64,000 nt of DNA from Felis catus (GCF_018350175.1 NC_058368.1:213034001-213098000), one strand, 5' to 3'. Shown: positions 1 through 14,030, numbered from the stretch's first letter. A program made the numbers and translations. Notes: a model not told the origin generated them from the letters alone.

Positions 1-1346
1 TGCACTGAGAGTCAGGAGCTGATTTGGGAACTGGCATTGCCTCCCAGACCTTAGACTGGGGGCCTGCTTTGAAGAATGACAGCAGAAGGCTGAGAATTAT
101 AGCTTCGATTGATTTAGGAAAATAACGTTGGTTTTTACTGCTAATTTACTACATGAAAGCATTTGCCATCAATTTTTACTTGGTAGATAAAATGCATGTA
201 TGGGAAACAGTATTTTTTAAATGTCACAAACATGAGATGCTCAGAATGTCTAGATGTAAATATGTTGCTTTAGTCCTTTCATTATTTCTGTGCAACTATG
301 GGCCAGCCTATGGAGATTTTCGGGTGGATTTTCATATTGTCTGAGCTTGTTGAGTAATTATGAAAATTAAACTCTGCCATCAAGATTCAGTAGAATTATT
401 TGTTCTCATCCCATTTGACTCCTTTTTGCGGGGGCACTGGACGTCTGTCATTTGGAAGGAAGAAAGCTGCAAGGGTGAATAGGTGGGATGAAATAGAGAT
501 CTAGCACCCCAACAGAAAGATGTTATGTGAGCAATTTATTCCACCAAGGGTGCCCAGCACAGCTCGGTGCTTAAGTTGGAACACTAGAAAGATAAAGATG
601 ACTCATCATTTAGCCACAAGCATGGATACAAAGGGCTGACCTGTTACAAAATGCTGAGAGGCACACTGGCACGGTTATGGTGTCGGGGTTCTGCCTTCAT
701 GACTTCTCCTGGAGAAGGGTGGTCACTGCTGGAGTAACCAGCTAGCGGGGAAAATGGGAAATTAAAAAAAAAAAAAGTTGCTTAGGAATTGTCTCTTGGG
801 ATAGAATTTGGAAGGTTGGGTATCTTTAATACCCCAGGAACTAGGATGCAAGACAGCTCACTCCAGTGGACCCCAGAGAACGCTTGGCCAAAGGGATGAT
901 TCTGCTTCCTGTTGGCAGTCAGTAATTCTCTGCCTTTTGTCACTTCCTAGCTCTTCAGAAAGCTCTCTTAAGTGACATAATCTCGTAATCTCGGCTCAGC
1001 TGTGCTGTAGTCATGCATGGGAAGGCCATGCTTCCCTGGTTAGGCCAGTTTTGTTAAAAGGGAAATGATGCTGGCTACTCTCACCACTACCCCCAGCCAG
1101 CATGGAGCTGGTGGCTGGGGTGCATAAGACATACCCCCTGCAGGTCAGTGGAACTTGGGAGACAAACAGGGCTGTGGGATCTAGCCATTCCTCCTCTCCG
1201 GGAGATTCTCTTTCCAGGGTTAACCTCGAAGGACCTGGTTGTTATTTATTTATTTATTTATTTATAATAAAATTGGGGTGGGGGTCATTACTTTCAGGCA
1301 CTACTGTTTCCTACATGAAATGATCTGATATCTAAAACGAAAGAAG

Positions 1347-1943
1347 TTGTTATGGGCTTAATTTCTATCCCCCCAAAATTCGTATGTTAAAACCCTCACC
1401 CCATTTTGACTGTATTTGGAAAGAGTCCCTTTAAAAAGGTAATTATAATCAAATGAAGTCATAAGGGTGGGACCCTAATCCTATAGGAAGGACTGGTGTC
1501 ATTATAAGAAGAGGAAGAGGGGTGCCTGGGTGGCTCAGTCGGTTGAGTCCGACTCTTGATTTTGACTCAGGTCACGATCTCACAGTTCGTGGGTTGGAGC
1601 CCTGTGTTGGGCTCTGTGCTGACAGTGTGGAGCCTGCTTGGGATTCTCCTTCACTCCCTCTCTCTGTCTGCCCCTCCCCTGCTCTTTCTCTTTCTCTCTC
1701 AAAATAAATAAATAAACTTAAGAACAAGAAGAACAAGAAGGAGAAGAAACACCAGAGATCTGTCTCCAGTGAGCCCACACTGGTGGCGGTCTACAAGCCA
1801 GAGAGAGAGGATTCACCAGAAACCAACCCCATCAGCACCTCACCTTGGACTTCTAGTCTCCAGAACTGTGGGGACAAAAAAAATCTGTTGCTTAAGCCAC
1901 CGGGTCTATGGTATTTGGCCATGGCAGCCTAAGAAGACAAATA
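1347..1943 (+). mobile_element. MLT1A-like MaLR LTR interrupted by a Can-SINE (1519-1720, +)
   Basis: Start tgttatgggcttaat...ccccccaaaattcgtatgtt and end ggacttctagtctccagaactgtg...tgttgcttaagccac match the MLT1 pattern. Confidence 0.75.
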
Positions 1944-2386
1944 GAGAAGGCAAGGCCCCTAGCTCCCAGAACAGTTTTGTCCTTTGCTGAAGTGCCTGTC
2001 AAAATACTGTATTCATGGCTGCAAGTTCTCTGAGGACTTTGCCTCCAGGGAAAGAGGTTATCTCAACAAACTTGTTAAGGGCTTCAGTAAAGTACAAGGT
2101 CCAAGGCTCCAAGGAGAAAATGACTCCATGATCTGAAGGCAATAACCTCTTTGTCACTTAATAGCATTTCCTTTTCCAGAAACATCCACATCCTGAGAGA
2201 GAATTTAATTCTTGTATCTGTAAACACCTTGATGGTATTTTACATTACTCAGTAAGTTCCTTATTCCTGTTTGTATCATGTAGTGACTCAAATGCTTAGC
2301 ATGTTGCCTGGAATACCTTAAGCCTTCAGTCGTCATTGGTCAACTTCCATTGAATTTCAGAAGAAGATATCAATGACTGCATTTCT

Positions 2387-2614
2387 TTTTCTTTTTTTAA
2401 TGTTTATTTATTTATTTTGAGAGAGAGAGAGAGAGAGTGTGTGTGTGCTTGTGAGAGAGAGAGGGGCAGAGAGAGAGGGAGAGAGAGAATCCCAAGCAGG
2501 CTCCACACTCAGTGCAGGGCCCAAGGCCAGGCTCAATCTCACAAATTGTGAGATCATGACCTGAGCCAAAATCAAGAGTTGGATGCTTAACCTACTGAGC
2601 CACCCAGGTGCCCC
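2387..2614 (-). mobile_element. Can-SINE (SINEC)
   Basis: tRNA-like head, (CT)n and poly(A); perfect 17-bp TSD tcaatgactgcatttct (2370-2386 / 2615-2631). Confidence 0.92.
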
Positions 2615-2729
2615 TCAATGACTGCATTTCTGAATTTCAAATTTGCTAAGGGCAAGAATGAAAGTGTTGAATTTATCCTTATATCCCAACCCTAGAGCAC
2701 TTAAGAGAGGGTATACAATAGTCACTCAA

Positions 2730-2947
2730 GGGGTGCCTGGGTGCCTCAGTGGGTTAAGCACCCAACTTCAGCTCAGGTCATGATCTCACAGTTCGTGAGT
2801 TCAAGCCCCGTGTTGAGCTCTGGGCTGAGAGCTCAGAGCCTGGAACCTGCTTCAGATTCTGTGTCTCCCTCTCTCTCTGCCCCTCCCCATCTTGCACTCT
2901 GTCTCTCTCTCTCTCTCTCAAAAAATAAAGAAACATTAAAAAAAAAT
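2730..2947 (+). mobile_element. Can-SINE (felid type)
   Basis: Head ggggtgcctgggtgcctcagtgggttaagc; TSD tagtcactcaa (2719-2729 / 2948-2958). Confidence 0.92.
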
Positions 2948-3002
2948 TAGTCACTCAATAAATGTTGGCTACAGTGAAATTTAACAAAACAAAACTCAGC
3001 CA

Positions 3003-3201
3003 TTTTTTTAAGTTTATTTATTTATTTTGAGAGAGAGAGTAAGAGAGGAGCAGAGAGAGATGGAGAGAGACAATACCAAGCAGGTTCCACATCATCAGCA
3101 CAGAGCCCCACACAGGACTCGAACCCACAAACTGTAAGATCATGACCTGAGCCAAAACCAAGAACAGGGCACTCAACTGACTGAGCCACCCAGCCACCAC
3201 C
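3003..3201 (-). mobile_element. Can-SINE
   Basis: Reverse-complement SINE body; flanking repeat cagccatttt. Confidence 0.88.
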
Positions 3202-4027
3202 AAACGCAGCCATTTTAAATAGCTGCTTGAAAACTGCTAGTTCTACTTCCGTTTGGATGAAGTTTGTTCATGTTTGCCTCAGTTTGACTCAGGTTTCTCA
3301 ATCTGGTTTTTGCAACATTCCTGGCATCATGTCAGAAGAGCATGATAAAACAGCAGTGTTAATACAATCAGCAGAACATTTGAGTCATAACTAAGACATA
3401 ATCCAGGAATTTGAAATGCAAATAAACCATTTTTCTTGAAGTATCTGAACCAAAATGCATGGGAAATACAATCTAGTAAAATAGGTGGTTGAAGAGACTG
3501 GAACTTTAAGAGACAGCAATTTTTTTGCAGTGTTGAATTTGTAAAACAGACGCTTTCTGTATTATACTCTTTACTTTTGATAATTTGAAAGCTATCTCTA
3601 ACCCTTATAAGTTAAAACAACTGATTGAATTGAATATGGATAGCATTCATCACAGAGCAGGACAATTATTCATTAATTGACATCTCTATAACTAATAAAT
3701 ATTCCCCCCACCCCACCGTCTATTCCTTTTACTGAAATGTTAGTATTGTTGTTTTGAGATGCTTTCCTGTACTATGACTTTGGAGCCCTACGATGAAGAT
3801 TTGGGGGCAATTAAACAGCTGTGTGCACTGAGGCACAGAAACACTTTTCTCCTCCCTGCCTGTGAATGAGCCGCAGCACGCTGATGTGGGGAACACTATG
3901 ATCACTGGGGGGAATCACAGCCTCTTATTAGAGATCCTTCATCACTGGATGCCAACCCCTAGCATTCTTCTCTCCCAGCCTGTGACATATTGGAAGCTTC
4001 TCTGACTTTTGACCTTTAAAAAAAATC

Positions 4028-4499
4028 AGGGCACCTGGGTGGCTCAGTTGATTAAGCATCAGACTTCGGCTCAGGTCACGAGCTCGAGGTTCGTGAGTTC
4101 GAGCCCCACATCAGGCTCTCTGCTGTTAGCACAGAGTCTGCTTTGGATCTTCTGTTTCCCTCTCTCTCTGCTCCTACTCCGCTCTCTCTCTCTCAGAAAT
4201 AACAAGTAAACATTAAAATTTTTAAAATATAAATAAATAAATAAATAAATAAATAATAAAAAGGGGCTCCTGGGCTGGGTGGCTCAGTCGGTTAAGCATC
4301 TGACTCTTTCTTTCAGCTCAGGTCATGTTCTCTCGGTTCCTGAGATCAAGTCCCATGTGGGGCTCTGCACTGACAGCACAGAGCCTGCTTGGGATTGTCT
4401 CTTTCCCTCTCTCTCTGCCCCTCCCCTGTGCACACATTCTCTCTCTCTCTCTCTCTCTCAATCTCTCAAAACAAATAAATAAACTTTAAAAAAAAAAAA
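4028..4499 (+). mobile_element. Two tandem Can-SINEs (4028-4262, 4263-4499)
   Basis: Two head/(CT)n/A-tail units, the second following the (TAAA)n tail of the first. Confidence 0.9.
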
Positions 4500-5092
4500 C
4501 CAGCTTGTGTTTTGTTTTTTGTTTTCTTTTTACTCCTGGCACAATTTCCTTCCTTTAGTCTGCCCATTTCTAGAAGCTCACAGCCGAGTTCTGGCCTCCC
4601 ACAGCCAACAGCCCCACAGTGTTGTCTCTCTACATGAAGCTGCCTCCACGGAAGCTGCTTCGGGTACAGGGGTTTGATCCATCTGTAGAACTGGAGATTG
4701 ATGGCTCATGGACTGTGTCAAGGCTCCAATGTGATTAGGTTTTGGCTTTTGGGATTTTTTGTTTTTAACCTGAATAATGTTGAATTTTTAAAAATCATTA
4801 TTTTCCATGTCAAAAAGAAAAAAGGAAGATGTGGCACCCCTGGGCCCACATCCCCAAACGGCAACAATTAGCCCGAGCCGAGTAACAGCTGCTGTCAGGG
4901 CAGGGCACACGCACACTCTTCAGTTTGGCCTGGCGCCCACCGCTGCCACCCCTCACCCACCCGCCACTCTCGCTTTCTTTACCCGCTGGGCTCCTGAGGG
5001 TCTCTGAGTCTCTGGTCTCTTCTCTGCATCAGGACATCAACCAGCAGCTCAACAGCAATGCCCATCCCACCCCCACAGGGCTGCTGGTCAGA

Positions 5093-5250
5093 ACCTGCGC
5101 TCCCAAAATGGTAGCCACTAGCCATGTGTGGCTACTGAACACCTGAAATGTGGCTCATGTGGCCACAAAACAGACTTCAAATTTTTCTTTAATTTAATTT
5201 TTCATAATTGTTTAAAATAATAGCATAAAGTTCAACTGGACAGTGCTGGT
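5093..5250. mobile_element. MER3/MER33-like hAT-Charlie DNA transposon relic
   Basis: atggtagccactagccatgtgtggctactgaacacctgaaatgtggct ... tggacagtgctg. Confidence 0.65.
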
Positions 5251-6204
5251 CTAGACCAAGAGAGATGAGAAGACTGAAAGATCCTGTCACTCACAGAGAA
5301 ATGTGGCTCCATGCCTTTCCTTGGGGTCAGAGCTGGCATCTTCATCCTGGGTGCTCTTGCCTTAGCGCCTCTCTCACAAGCGCTCCCCTTTCTGAGCAGA
5401 GAAGCCAAGCAGGCCCAGTGTGCCCAAGCCCCCAAGCCCTTGCCCTGTCTCTCCTGCTCCCCCTGAGCAACACACAGAAAGTCACGAAGATGCCCTTCAC
5501 ATGTTGAATGTAAAACAAGCAGACCAAAGTGCCCCATCTTCGGGGCCTTCTTCCGCTACTTGTTGGCCCCCTTGCTTTCAAATCGCCCAGACCAGAGGGG
5601 ACATCTGTCAGGAAACATGGAAGGTAATTAGTACATGATGCAGTGTCCCCTCCTCACTTACTGAGCTGAACTGCACTCAGATGTATTCAGGAGCAGCTTA
5701 GAAAACACACTAAACCCTTGAAAGAAAGGGCCAAATGATATTCCTAAGAGGGGGGCGATAGGTTGATCTCAAGGCTTTTCCCAAGAGAGTCCAGGGCCTA
5801 ATTAGGATGCTGTGGATGACGGGACCCCTCAGGGAGCCATGGCAGTAGAGGCGACAGCCGCTAGGCAGAGAGAGGTCCTTAGAGAGGAAAAACGACAAAG
5901 GCAGGCCTACTTTTCCTCCACCTGAGCAGCCGCGGTCTTCTGAAGGCTGTGGTCCTTGGGCTCCAGCAAAATGCTTACAACCAGAGCTCTTTCCTACCGC
6001 CTCCTTCTGCTCCTAAAATAGGACAGTCTCCTCTCCAACCCTTCTGGGCAGTTATAAGACAATCTGCAACCAACATGGACTAAGAGGAGTGGGTTGTGAA
6101 GGCTGGTACGCGTGTGAGTACGGCTGGTTGCATCACACAATGAGCTAGTCTGATGAGCCACTTGTCTTGTCCTAAACTCCCAGAGGAGAAAAGCAAGAAT
6201 AAAC

Positions 6205-6420
6205 CCTTATGCAGTGTTTACTATGCATGCCCATATATGATAAAATATTCATTTCACTCCAACAATACTATTGCTAATATTATCCCCTTTCACAGATGAG
6301 AAAATTGAGGCTCTGAAAAATTAAGCAACTTAATAAAGGTCCAAATGCTAACAAATCTTTCCAGATCTAAGACTGTAATCCACATCGCCTGACTCCAACA
6401 TCTATGTTAATACCACGGTG
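6205..6420 (-). mobile_element. MIR relic
   Basis: Core tatcccctttcacagatgagaaaattgaggctctg...ttaagcaactt. Confidence 0.6.
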
Positions 6421-7199
6421 AGGACATTATAAGGAAGACAATCAAACAAGGATCCAAGCAAACAAGGATCATCTTCTTGCAAAACATGGAGCCATTTCTG
6501 AAAGTAAACACCACTGAAGCTATCTGGATGGATTACAAGGCATTCTAGTACACGCTAGTATTTTGAAAGGCAGGTTTGGCCCACATGATGCACTGAGGTC
6601 AACACGTGACTTGTGCACTAACCAGTGAGCACTCATACTTCGCCCTAAGTCCCTGCAGGTCAAGTGTCCCCATCGCAGATGCCAGGGAGCCCCTGCAACT
6701 CTGGGGCAGAGCACATGCAGAAACTTGAGTTTGGGTTTCAGAGGTTTTCATCCTTCCCTGAAAACATTTCCAGTTTCCGAGTTGAGAATTCACATGTAAG
6801 AAGTTCACAGATGCAGAGAAGCACCCTTTAATTCTTGGCTCTGGTCACGGCCCACATCCTCATATGTTAAGGAAACCTTGCCATATGCATGGCTCAGAAG
6901 TGCACCATGGATTATAACTTCTTTTCTGAGTCTGAGACTTGTGAGACGTTGGAAATTGCCAGAAGAGTCTGGAATTTTGTTTGGTGGAAATAAAATTACA
7001 GAATCTTAACACCTTGGGCTCTTTTTTTCTCAGAACCCCAGATAATTAAAGCATCTCCACACCTGAGGGGAAAAGTTCATGTCATATAAGGTTTTAGGTA
7101 ACAGGGTTAGCCTCTGAAAATCTTAAAGACTTAAAATTTTCTCTTTCAGTCTGTTAAAAACTAGTAAGACACTAGCACAACTATAATCAACGCAGAGTC

Positions 7200-7330
7200 C
7201 TTATTTTTCTCGGTCACCATAATTTCTGTAGCATCTACAACAATGCCTGGCATATGGTAGACTCAGTGAAGAATAAAGAATGAGTGAAGGAGTGAATGAG
7301 TGAATGAATGAATGAATGAATGAATGAACA
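7200..7330 (+). mobile_element. L2 3' end with (GAAT)n tail
   Basis: acaatgcctggcatatggtagactcagt followed by tgaatgaatgaa repeats. Confidence 0.55.
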
Positions 7331-8629
7331 AGCGAACTGGAAGATTCACTAGGTAGGCAACAATGGAAAGAAAATGAAGAAATGTTGAAAATAACTTGAA
7401 CAGGGTAGAAAAAAAGCAAGGAAAGTGTTTGGTTCTTCTCATCATTGTTTACTTCAATTTTCATAAACTAATCATGAGAATCTCAATAGAGAACATTTTA
7501 ACCATCAGATCTTAGTCTCTTTCCCAACATTTCCCTGTTGGAGAATGTATGGAATAATGTAACTTGACACCAAATGGGATACCATTGTGAAAATTCATAG
7601 CATGTTGTGAACTTTATTAGTTTACCGTTTTCATTTCCAGTCTCTTAATTCAGTAGCAAATACTAGGGAGAGGGTAGGAATTTAGTTGGATAGAGACTTT
7701 TGACTCTTAAAGAATTTTTCATAATCATTTATTTCTTCACACTTAAGAGGTAAGAATTGTGTTTATTTTGTAGACTTTTTTCTTCTAATAATACCTAACT
7801 CCGGTAGCAGGATTATAAGATAAAAATTACATATTAAATAAGCAGGTGCCACTTTCTCATTTTCCTAGTTTGTTCCCGTTTTTTGTGTTCATTTGTCTTG
7901 GCTTGCTTTTCACTGAGTATTGAAATTTTTTACCCAAGGTCTGATTGTAACTTTGCTACCACCTTCTGGCAAAATAACGAACATCTTAAATCTTTGTCTA
8001 GATGAGTTTCCACTATTTTATTTACTTCACGTTGTATACTTATTTCCCCTGCATCCATCCATTGAGGTTAAAAACAGAAGCAGAAAGTGTAGCTATAGCT
8101 TGTCCAGGGCAATAGGTTGAGTCAGGGGACCGGGCTTATGCCCACCGGGGTGGGACACACCAATGGCTGTGTGAAATGAGCCTGGACAGAACATTTTAAT
8201 GGCTCAGAAGAGAATGAAAGACCAGGATTCCAACTAATGGCTGCACTTGGTCCCAAAAGAGCCGACCTTGCCCTCCACACTCTGCCCTCCACAAGGAACA
8301 CATATTGTTGGCGTACAGAAAAAGGGAAAGGGAAAAGAATACCCAGCCATTAAACTGTCATTCAAAGGAAGCAAGATAAAAAGGTCCTCAACAACATGGG
8401 CAACCGTCAAGGAAGATTTGCCCACACTGTACACATAAGGAAAGAGTTTTAGACAGAATCATCCACGTGAAACATAAACACTGTGCAGAGAAATGGCACA
8501 CAGAAGAGCAACACAATGGAAGTGAGAAATCTGTAACCATGCATCCCAACATGAATGAATCTCACAAGCCAAATGCTGAGGGAAAGATGTGTGATGTGAG
8601 AGGATGCATACTATATAATGCTGTTTACA

Positions 8630-8800
8630 TTATATATTTTATTTTATTTTATTTAAATTTTTATTTAAATATTTAATTTAAATATTTAAATAAATTTTAA
8701 TTTTAAATATTTAAATATTTATTTATTTATATATTTTACTATATATATATTACTATATATATATATTACTATATATATATATATATGTATATATATATTA
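8630..8800. repeat. AT-rich low complexity and (TA)n
   Basis: Almost entirely A/T, with atttaaatattta units and a (TA)n run. Confidence 0.85.
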
Positions 8801-9213
8801 TAAAACCACACAGGCAAAACCAAACTCTACTGTGAGAAGTCAGAGCAATGACTGCCCTGTAGGGAGAAGGCACATCTGTCCCTGCTGAACAGGACACACT
8901 CCTCCCCCCACCCTGCCCCTCCTGACATTTTCACCCAAAGTTTTGTGCCCTTCTATTAACATTAAAATAAATGTATATATTTATAAATGCCATATTATAT
9001 ATAAATATTTTTTATATTTATACTATATATGATACACATATATACATTCTTGGTGTATGTGTATCGATTCTGTAGCAAAATCTTTACCTACTGAAAATAA
9101 TATAATATGAAATCATACCATTCCTTATTCACTCACTATAAAAAAGACCTCATTGTGCAGCCTAAATAGTACTGATCCTTCAGAAAGTCATTTGTGGGGA
9201 CAGCTATAGTAGT

Positions 9214-9589
9214 TGTATTAGCTCCGAGTTGTATTAGACCGGATGGCTTAAGCAACAGACATAGTCCCGGAGGCTGGAAAGCCCAAGATCAAGGTGTTAG
9301 TAAGTAGGTTTCATTTCTAGACTTCTTCTCTTTGCTTGTATATCTCTCTGTATGCTCATATAACCTCTTCTCTGTGTGAGAGAGAGACAGGGAGAGAGAG
9401 AGAGATCGTGAGAGGAAGCTCTGGTGCCTCTTATAAGGACACTAATCCTATTGGATCTGGGTCCCATCCTGATGACCTCATTTAACCTTACTTACTTCCT
9501 TAGAGGTCCCATCTTCACATACAGTCAGCTGGGGGTTAGGGCTTCAACATCTGGATATTGGGGGGGACACAAACATTCAGCCCATGACA
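9214..9589 (-). mobile_element. MLT1-type MaLR LTR
   Basis: ggaggctggaaagcccaagatcaaggtg ... cttataaggacactaatcctattgga ... gggggacacaaacattcagcccatgaca. Confidence 0.75.
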
Positions 9590-10067
9590 GTAGTGAAGTC
9601 AGCTCATGGGTGTAGTCTCATAGTCTCCGGTCCGAATTGCCTGGATCCCATCTTTCAATTCTCCTGGTCTGTGGTCCCATTAGGAGAAAACTCATGAAGC
9701 TGGACACACTGCAGGTGGCCTCCTCTTTCACCTCACCATGGAGCACCGCTTGGTTGCACCCACTTTGAGAGAAGAGGTAGACTGGTCAAGCTTCTAGTGG
9801 CAGGCCACAGAACCTAGCCCAGCTGGTTTAGGTAGAAAGAGGTCTGTTTGTGGGTATGAATCTCAGAATCACCGCGAGGGCTAAAGAAACAGATTCCAGG
9901 TGGAGCTGCCATGAACGACAGTCGGAAAGGGGCCACTGCTGTGGGCCAGGGACGGCAGGTGGCTTGCCACCCCAGTGCTGGACTCGCGGGAGGGGGTGCA
10001 GGCTGTTGACATTAGCAATCCCAGTGACACGGATGCGGATGAAAGTGTTTGCTCCCCTTTCTCTGAG

Positions 10068-10200
10068 ACAGTGCTCTCTGAACTTGGAGATGTTTACAAA
10101 CCACTGGGACATCTTGTGAAAACTGTAGATTCTGCTTCGCAGTGTCTGAAGTTGGGCCCGAATTCCACATTTCCAATGGGCTCTCAGGTCACTTGGCCAT
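10068..10200. mobile_element. MER5-like hAT relic
   Basis: cagtgctctctgaactt...cttgtgaaaactgtagattctg...gggcccgaattccacatttccaa. Confidence 0.45.
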
Positions 10201-10619
10201 GACCCTAAGCCCACCCAGCCCCACAAGCCTTTTCACCTTGGCCACCAGCCACAGGCCAAGCCCCCAGGCCTCCTGTCCTCACGGCCTCTTCCCGCCAGGT
10301 GGCTCTGCACTTCCCTCCTCTCACCCAATCTCCCTTCCTTCCCTGTGACTTCTGGAATCAGCTTCCATCAGCAGCAAATCCTTTAGCATTTCCAGCCTCT
10401 CAGAATGTTCCCCACATGCCCATTTTAGCAGAAACGTGGCACCCTCTGAGGACCCTGCCCTGCAGCCCTCTTCACTGATACTGGGGCTTCCCTCACTCGC
10501 CTGGTGGCTCAGAGGCAGAGGCAGAGGAGAGGTCCTCCTTGCTCCTTAAAGTGGGCTCCTCATCAGACCCACATTATTTGTCCTCCCCCTTGGGAAACTC
10601 CACGGGAGACATCTAACAG

Positions 10620-11110
10620 ATATCCCCTTAACCAAACTGTCAAAGTTGTCACCAGTAATGGGACAAATAACCATCGTGTACCCCCTGATAAGATGTACTA
10701 AAAAGGCTACATCCTTGTCAAAAATGCAGAGCCTGAGTGTAATCAGCAGCGCACGTCAGAAAACCCAAATTGAGAGACATCCTACGAAATAACTGGCCAG
10801 TATGTTTCCAGAGTATCAAGGTCAAGAAGGATTGAGTAAGTGCTTCAAGTTAGAGGAAACAAAGAAGACATGATGAGAAAATGCAGTTTGTGATCCTGAA
10901 CTGGAACCAGGACTAAAAGTAAGGACATTGGTGGGACAAGGTGAAATTCTAACGTCCGTAAGACTACGTATTGTGTTGATGTTCACTTCCCAATTGTGAC
11001 AATCTTACTGTGGTTATATAAGATAATAACAAGTAAGAATGCAAGTGAGTGCTTATAGCAATCCTCTGGGCTGTTTTTGTTACTTTTTGAAGTCTGAAAT
11101 TATTTCAGAA
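10620..11110 (+). mobile_element. Old L1 (L1MC/L1ME-type) 3' region
   Basis: aaacccaaattgagagacatcctacgaaataactggcc...tgatcctgaactggaacc...tctgaaattatttc. Confidence 0.55.
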
Positions 11111-11281
11111 ACAAGTAAGAAAACAAGTTCATTTACCACATTAAAAATTTTTGTACACAGCAAATATTGGTACATCTTTATACCAAATATTTGATATAAA
11201 ACTTAAATATTGATACATAACTGTATCAAATATTTGGTACAAAATTTAAATACTATGGCATTTGTTCAAAACTGCATTTAT

Positions 11282-11497
11282 GGGGCGCCTGGGTGGCTCA
11301 GTCAGTTAAGCATCTGACTTCAGCTCATGATCTCATGGTTCATGAGTTCGAGCCCCACAATGGGCTCTGTGCTGACAGCTCAGAGCCTGAAGCCTGCTTC
11401 AGATTCTGTGTCTCCCTCTCTCCCTGCCCCTCCCACGCTCATACTCTTTCTCAAAAAAAAAAAAAAAAAAAACATTAAAAAAATACTTAAAAAAAAA
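11282..11497 (+). mobile_element. Can-SINE
   Basis: SINE head and tail; TSD aaaactgc(a/g)ttta. Confidence 0.9.
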
Positions 11498-12639
11498 CTG
11501 CGTTTAGGCATTTAACATGGGAAGATAGCTTTTTCACCCTAACATCTTGTTTAGTTTTGTTTACATTTGCAATGAACAATGTGTAGTTTTAATTTTCTTT
11601 TTGTTCTGATATTTATTAAAATTTTGTTTTGTTGAATCTAATAATTAAAAATTGTGACTTGTATTTTGTGTGTATTTTTATATAACTTTTGCGATAATTT
11701 TTTGTTGTATTTTACAAAAGTATTGGTCCACAATCAATTGGAAATGACAACCATTTGAGCAGATAATTTGGGCAGCACTCCTGTCCCCGACAGTCCCTAA
11801 ATGGCCACTAGATGGCATCCAAGGATCTTCTCACTGCTTGTGCGACCTCCGGAATGGCAGCTCCAATTGAGAATAGGCACTTTGTATGCTACCAACTTTT
11901 CCAGTGTAGTCTGGCAGAATTGTCAGACCTTTCCCACTTGTCAAGCTCACAGAGAAGGCAAGTTAGTCTCCTTCTCCTTTGTATGGGACATTTGTAAAAG
12001 TTGAGATTGGCTGATACAAATGAAAATACGTATTTTCGTATAAATACATTTTGTTAATTGTTGCTGATAGCTTCCTGCATGAAGTGAAGCATATCTATAC
12101 ACCAAAGCTGTTAGTTAGAACAACTGTTATCAAGAAGATTCCATTTGAGATTTCTTTGTCCAATAGTAACAAGGGGAGCCAATTACTTCCAGGTCAAATT
12201 ACAAAGGAAGTCTATAAAGCCTTTTCACTGTGCATAGCACCCAGAATCAGCAGGGCAGTGGAAGAGCGGGAGAGAATTCTAAAAAATAACTGGCTGAAGT
12301 CAGTCCATAGAACAGACTCACGAGGCCAGATGCCTTGCACATAGCTCTTGCAAATGTGAGACCCAGAGCCAACAGAAAGACAACCTCTCCACATTAATAG
12401 ATGGCCCATGACACCTGCTGTTCCCTCAAGAGCCACTCACAACAGAATATTCCTATATTTAAAAGATGTGCTGGATTCTATTAAAAACACAAATGAAATA
12501 TGCAAAGCTTTCCATTCACACGTATGGAAATCCAACCCTGATGAGCCCGGCCATACCCCATGACCTACGCCAAAGTTCACCAAAGCAACCCATTTCTCCA
12601 GCCACACTGGAAGGGTAATAACAACAACCTATCACCAAC

Positions 12640-12854
12640 TTTTTTTTTTTTTTTTAATGTTTATTTCTGAGACAGAGAGAGACAAAGCATGAGTGGGGGA
12701 GGGACAGAGAGAGAGGGAGACACAGAATCAGAAGCAGGCTCCAGGCTCTGAGCTGTCAGCACAGAGCCTGACGCAGGGCTCGAACTCACAAACCGTGAGA
12801 TCATGACCTGAGCCGAAGTTGGTCGCTCAACTGACTGAGCCACCCAGGCGCCCC
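12640..12854 (-). mobile_element. Can-SINE (felid type)
   Basis: Close to the consensus; flanked by caccaac. Confidence 0.92.
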
Positions 12855-13062
12855 ACCAACGCTTTTATAAATTGCCAAGTCCCTTAGCTTTCAATACATT
12901 CCTTCCCTGTAAAACGACTTGAGCCAGTGGGGAAGACAGCAAGGTCACCACACTATAACTGGTAACAATGGAGGGAACTGTTACCATCCATAGCCAAAAT
13001 GTGAGGGGAAAGAGCAGTTACTGGAATCCAAAAGAAGAAACTCACAGAGAAGTCACCTTGAG

Positions 13063-13299
13063 AGGGGTGCTTAGGGAGCTCAGTAGGTTGAGCTTCTGGC
13101 TCAGGTCATGATCTCACAGTTCATGGGTTCGAGACCCACATTGAGATCTGTGCTGACAGCTCAGAGCCTCGAGCCTGCTTCGGATTCTGTGTCTCCCTCT
13201 CTCTGCCCCTCCCCTGCTCATGTTCTGTCTCTCTCTGTCTCTCTCTCTCAAAAATAAACAACAACAACAAAAAAATGTTTTTCATTTAAAAAAAAAAAA
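13063..13299 (+). mobile_element. Can-SINE inserted in an old LTR-like sequence
   Basis: TSD aagtcaccttgaga on both sides. Confidence 0.9.
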
Positions 13300-13739
13300 G
13301 TCACCTTGAGAGGAGCAGTGATGAGAAACACAGCCAGCCTGAAGTGAACCATTCCACCTCCCTCTCCTTTTCATGATGGACTAAGCCCAACCAGAAACTA
13401 GACAGGATGACCTGTTGTGATCCACACATATAGCCTCCCAGGACACAGACCAAGGTACAATGGATCTGGAGGAATTGATGGAATATATATATAGTACGTG
13501 TGTGTGTGTGCACATGCACACACATACACAGAACCACTCAAGACTTTTCGCCTTTATCATCCTCTCTGGTCCTTCATCTGGGTGGGAAGATTAAGCCCCC
13601 ATCACAGGGTAGGCATGAAGTTCTATCAACTACCATGTCATTGCAAGTTGATATTGATTTTCCTCATACTCCCAACTAAACCTAAAACTTTAGCCAATAT
13701 TGGTGTTATCCCTATTAACTTCTTTCAGAGAAAAGTCCT

Positions 13740-14030
13740 GAAACTAATATTATACTGTATGCTAACTAACTGGAATTTAAATAAAAGCTTAAAACTAAAA
13801 AAGAAAGAAAGAGAGGCGCCTGGGTGGCTCAGTTGGTTAAGCATCCGACTTTGGCTCAGGTCATGATCTTGCCATTCGTGAGTTCGAGCCCCTCGTCAGT
13901 CTCTGGGCTGACAGCCCAGAGCCTAGAGCCAGCTTCAGATCCTGTCTCCCTCTCTCTCTGACCCTCCCCAGCTTGCACTCTGTCTCTTTCTCTCGCTATC
14001 AAAAGTAAATATTTAAAAAAATTTTTTTAA
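13740..14030 (+). mobile_element. Short carnivore L1 3' tip followed by a Can-SINE (13814-14030)
   Basis: aaactaatattatactgtatgctaactaactggaatttaaataaaa, then a SINE. Confidence 0.75.

Noticed and set aside
9828..10226. 132-aa minus-strand ORF
   Set aside because: It overlaps a MER5-like relic, and I see no homology or splice support.
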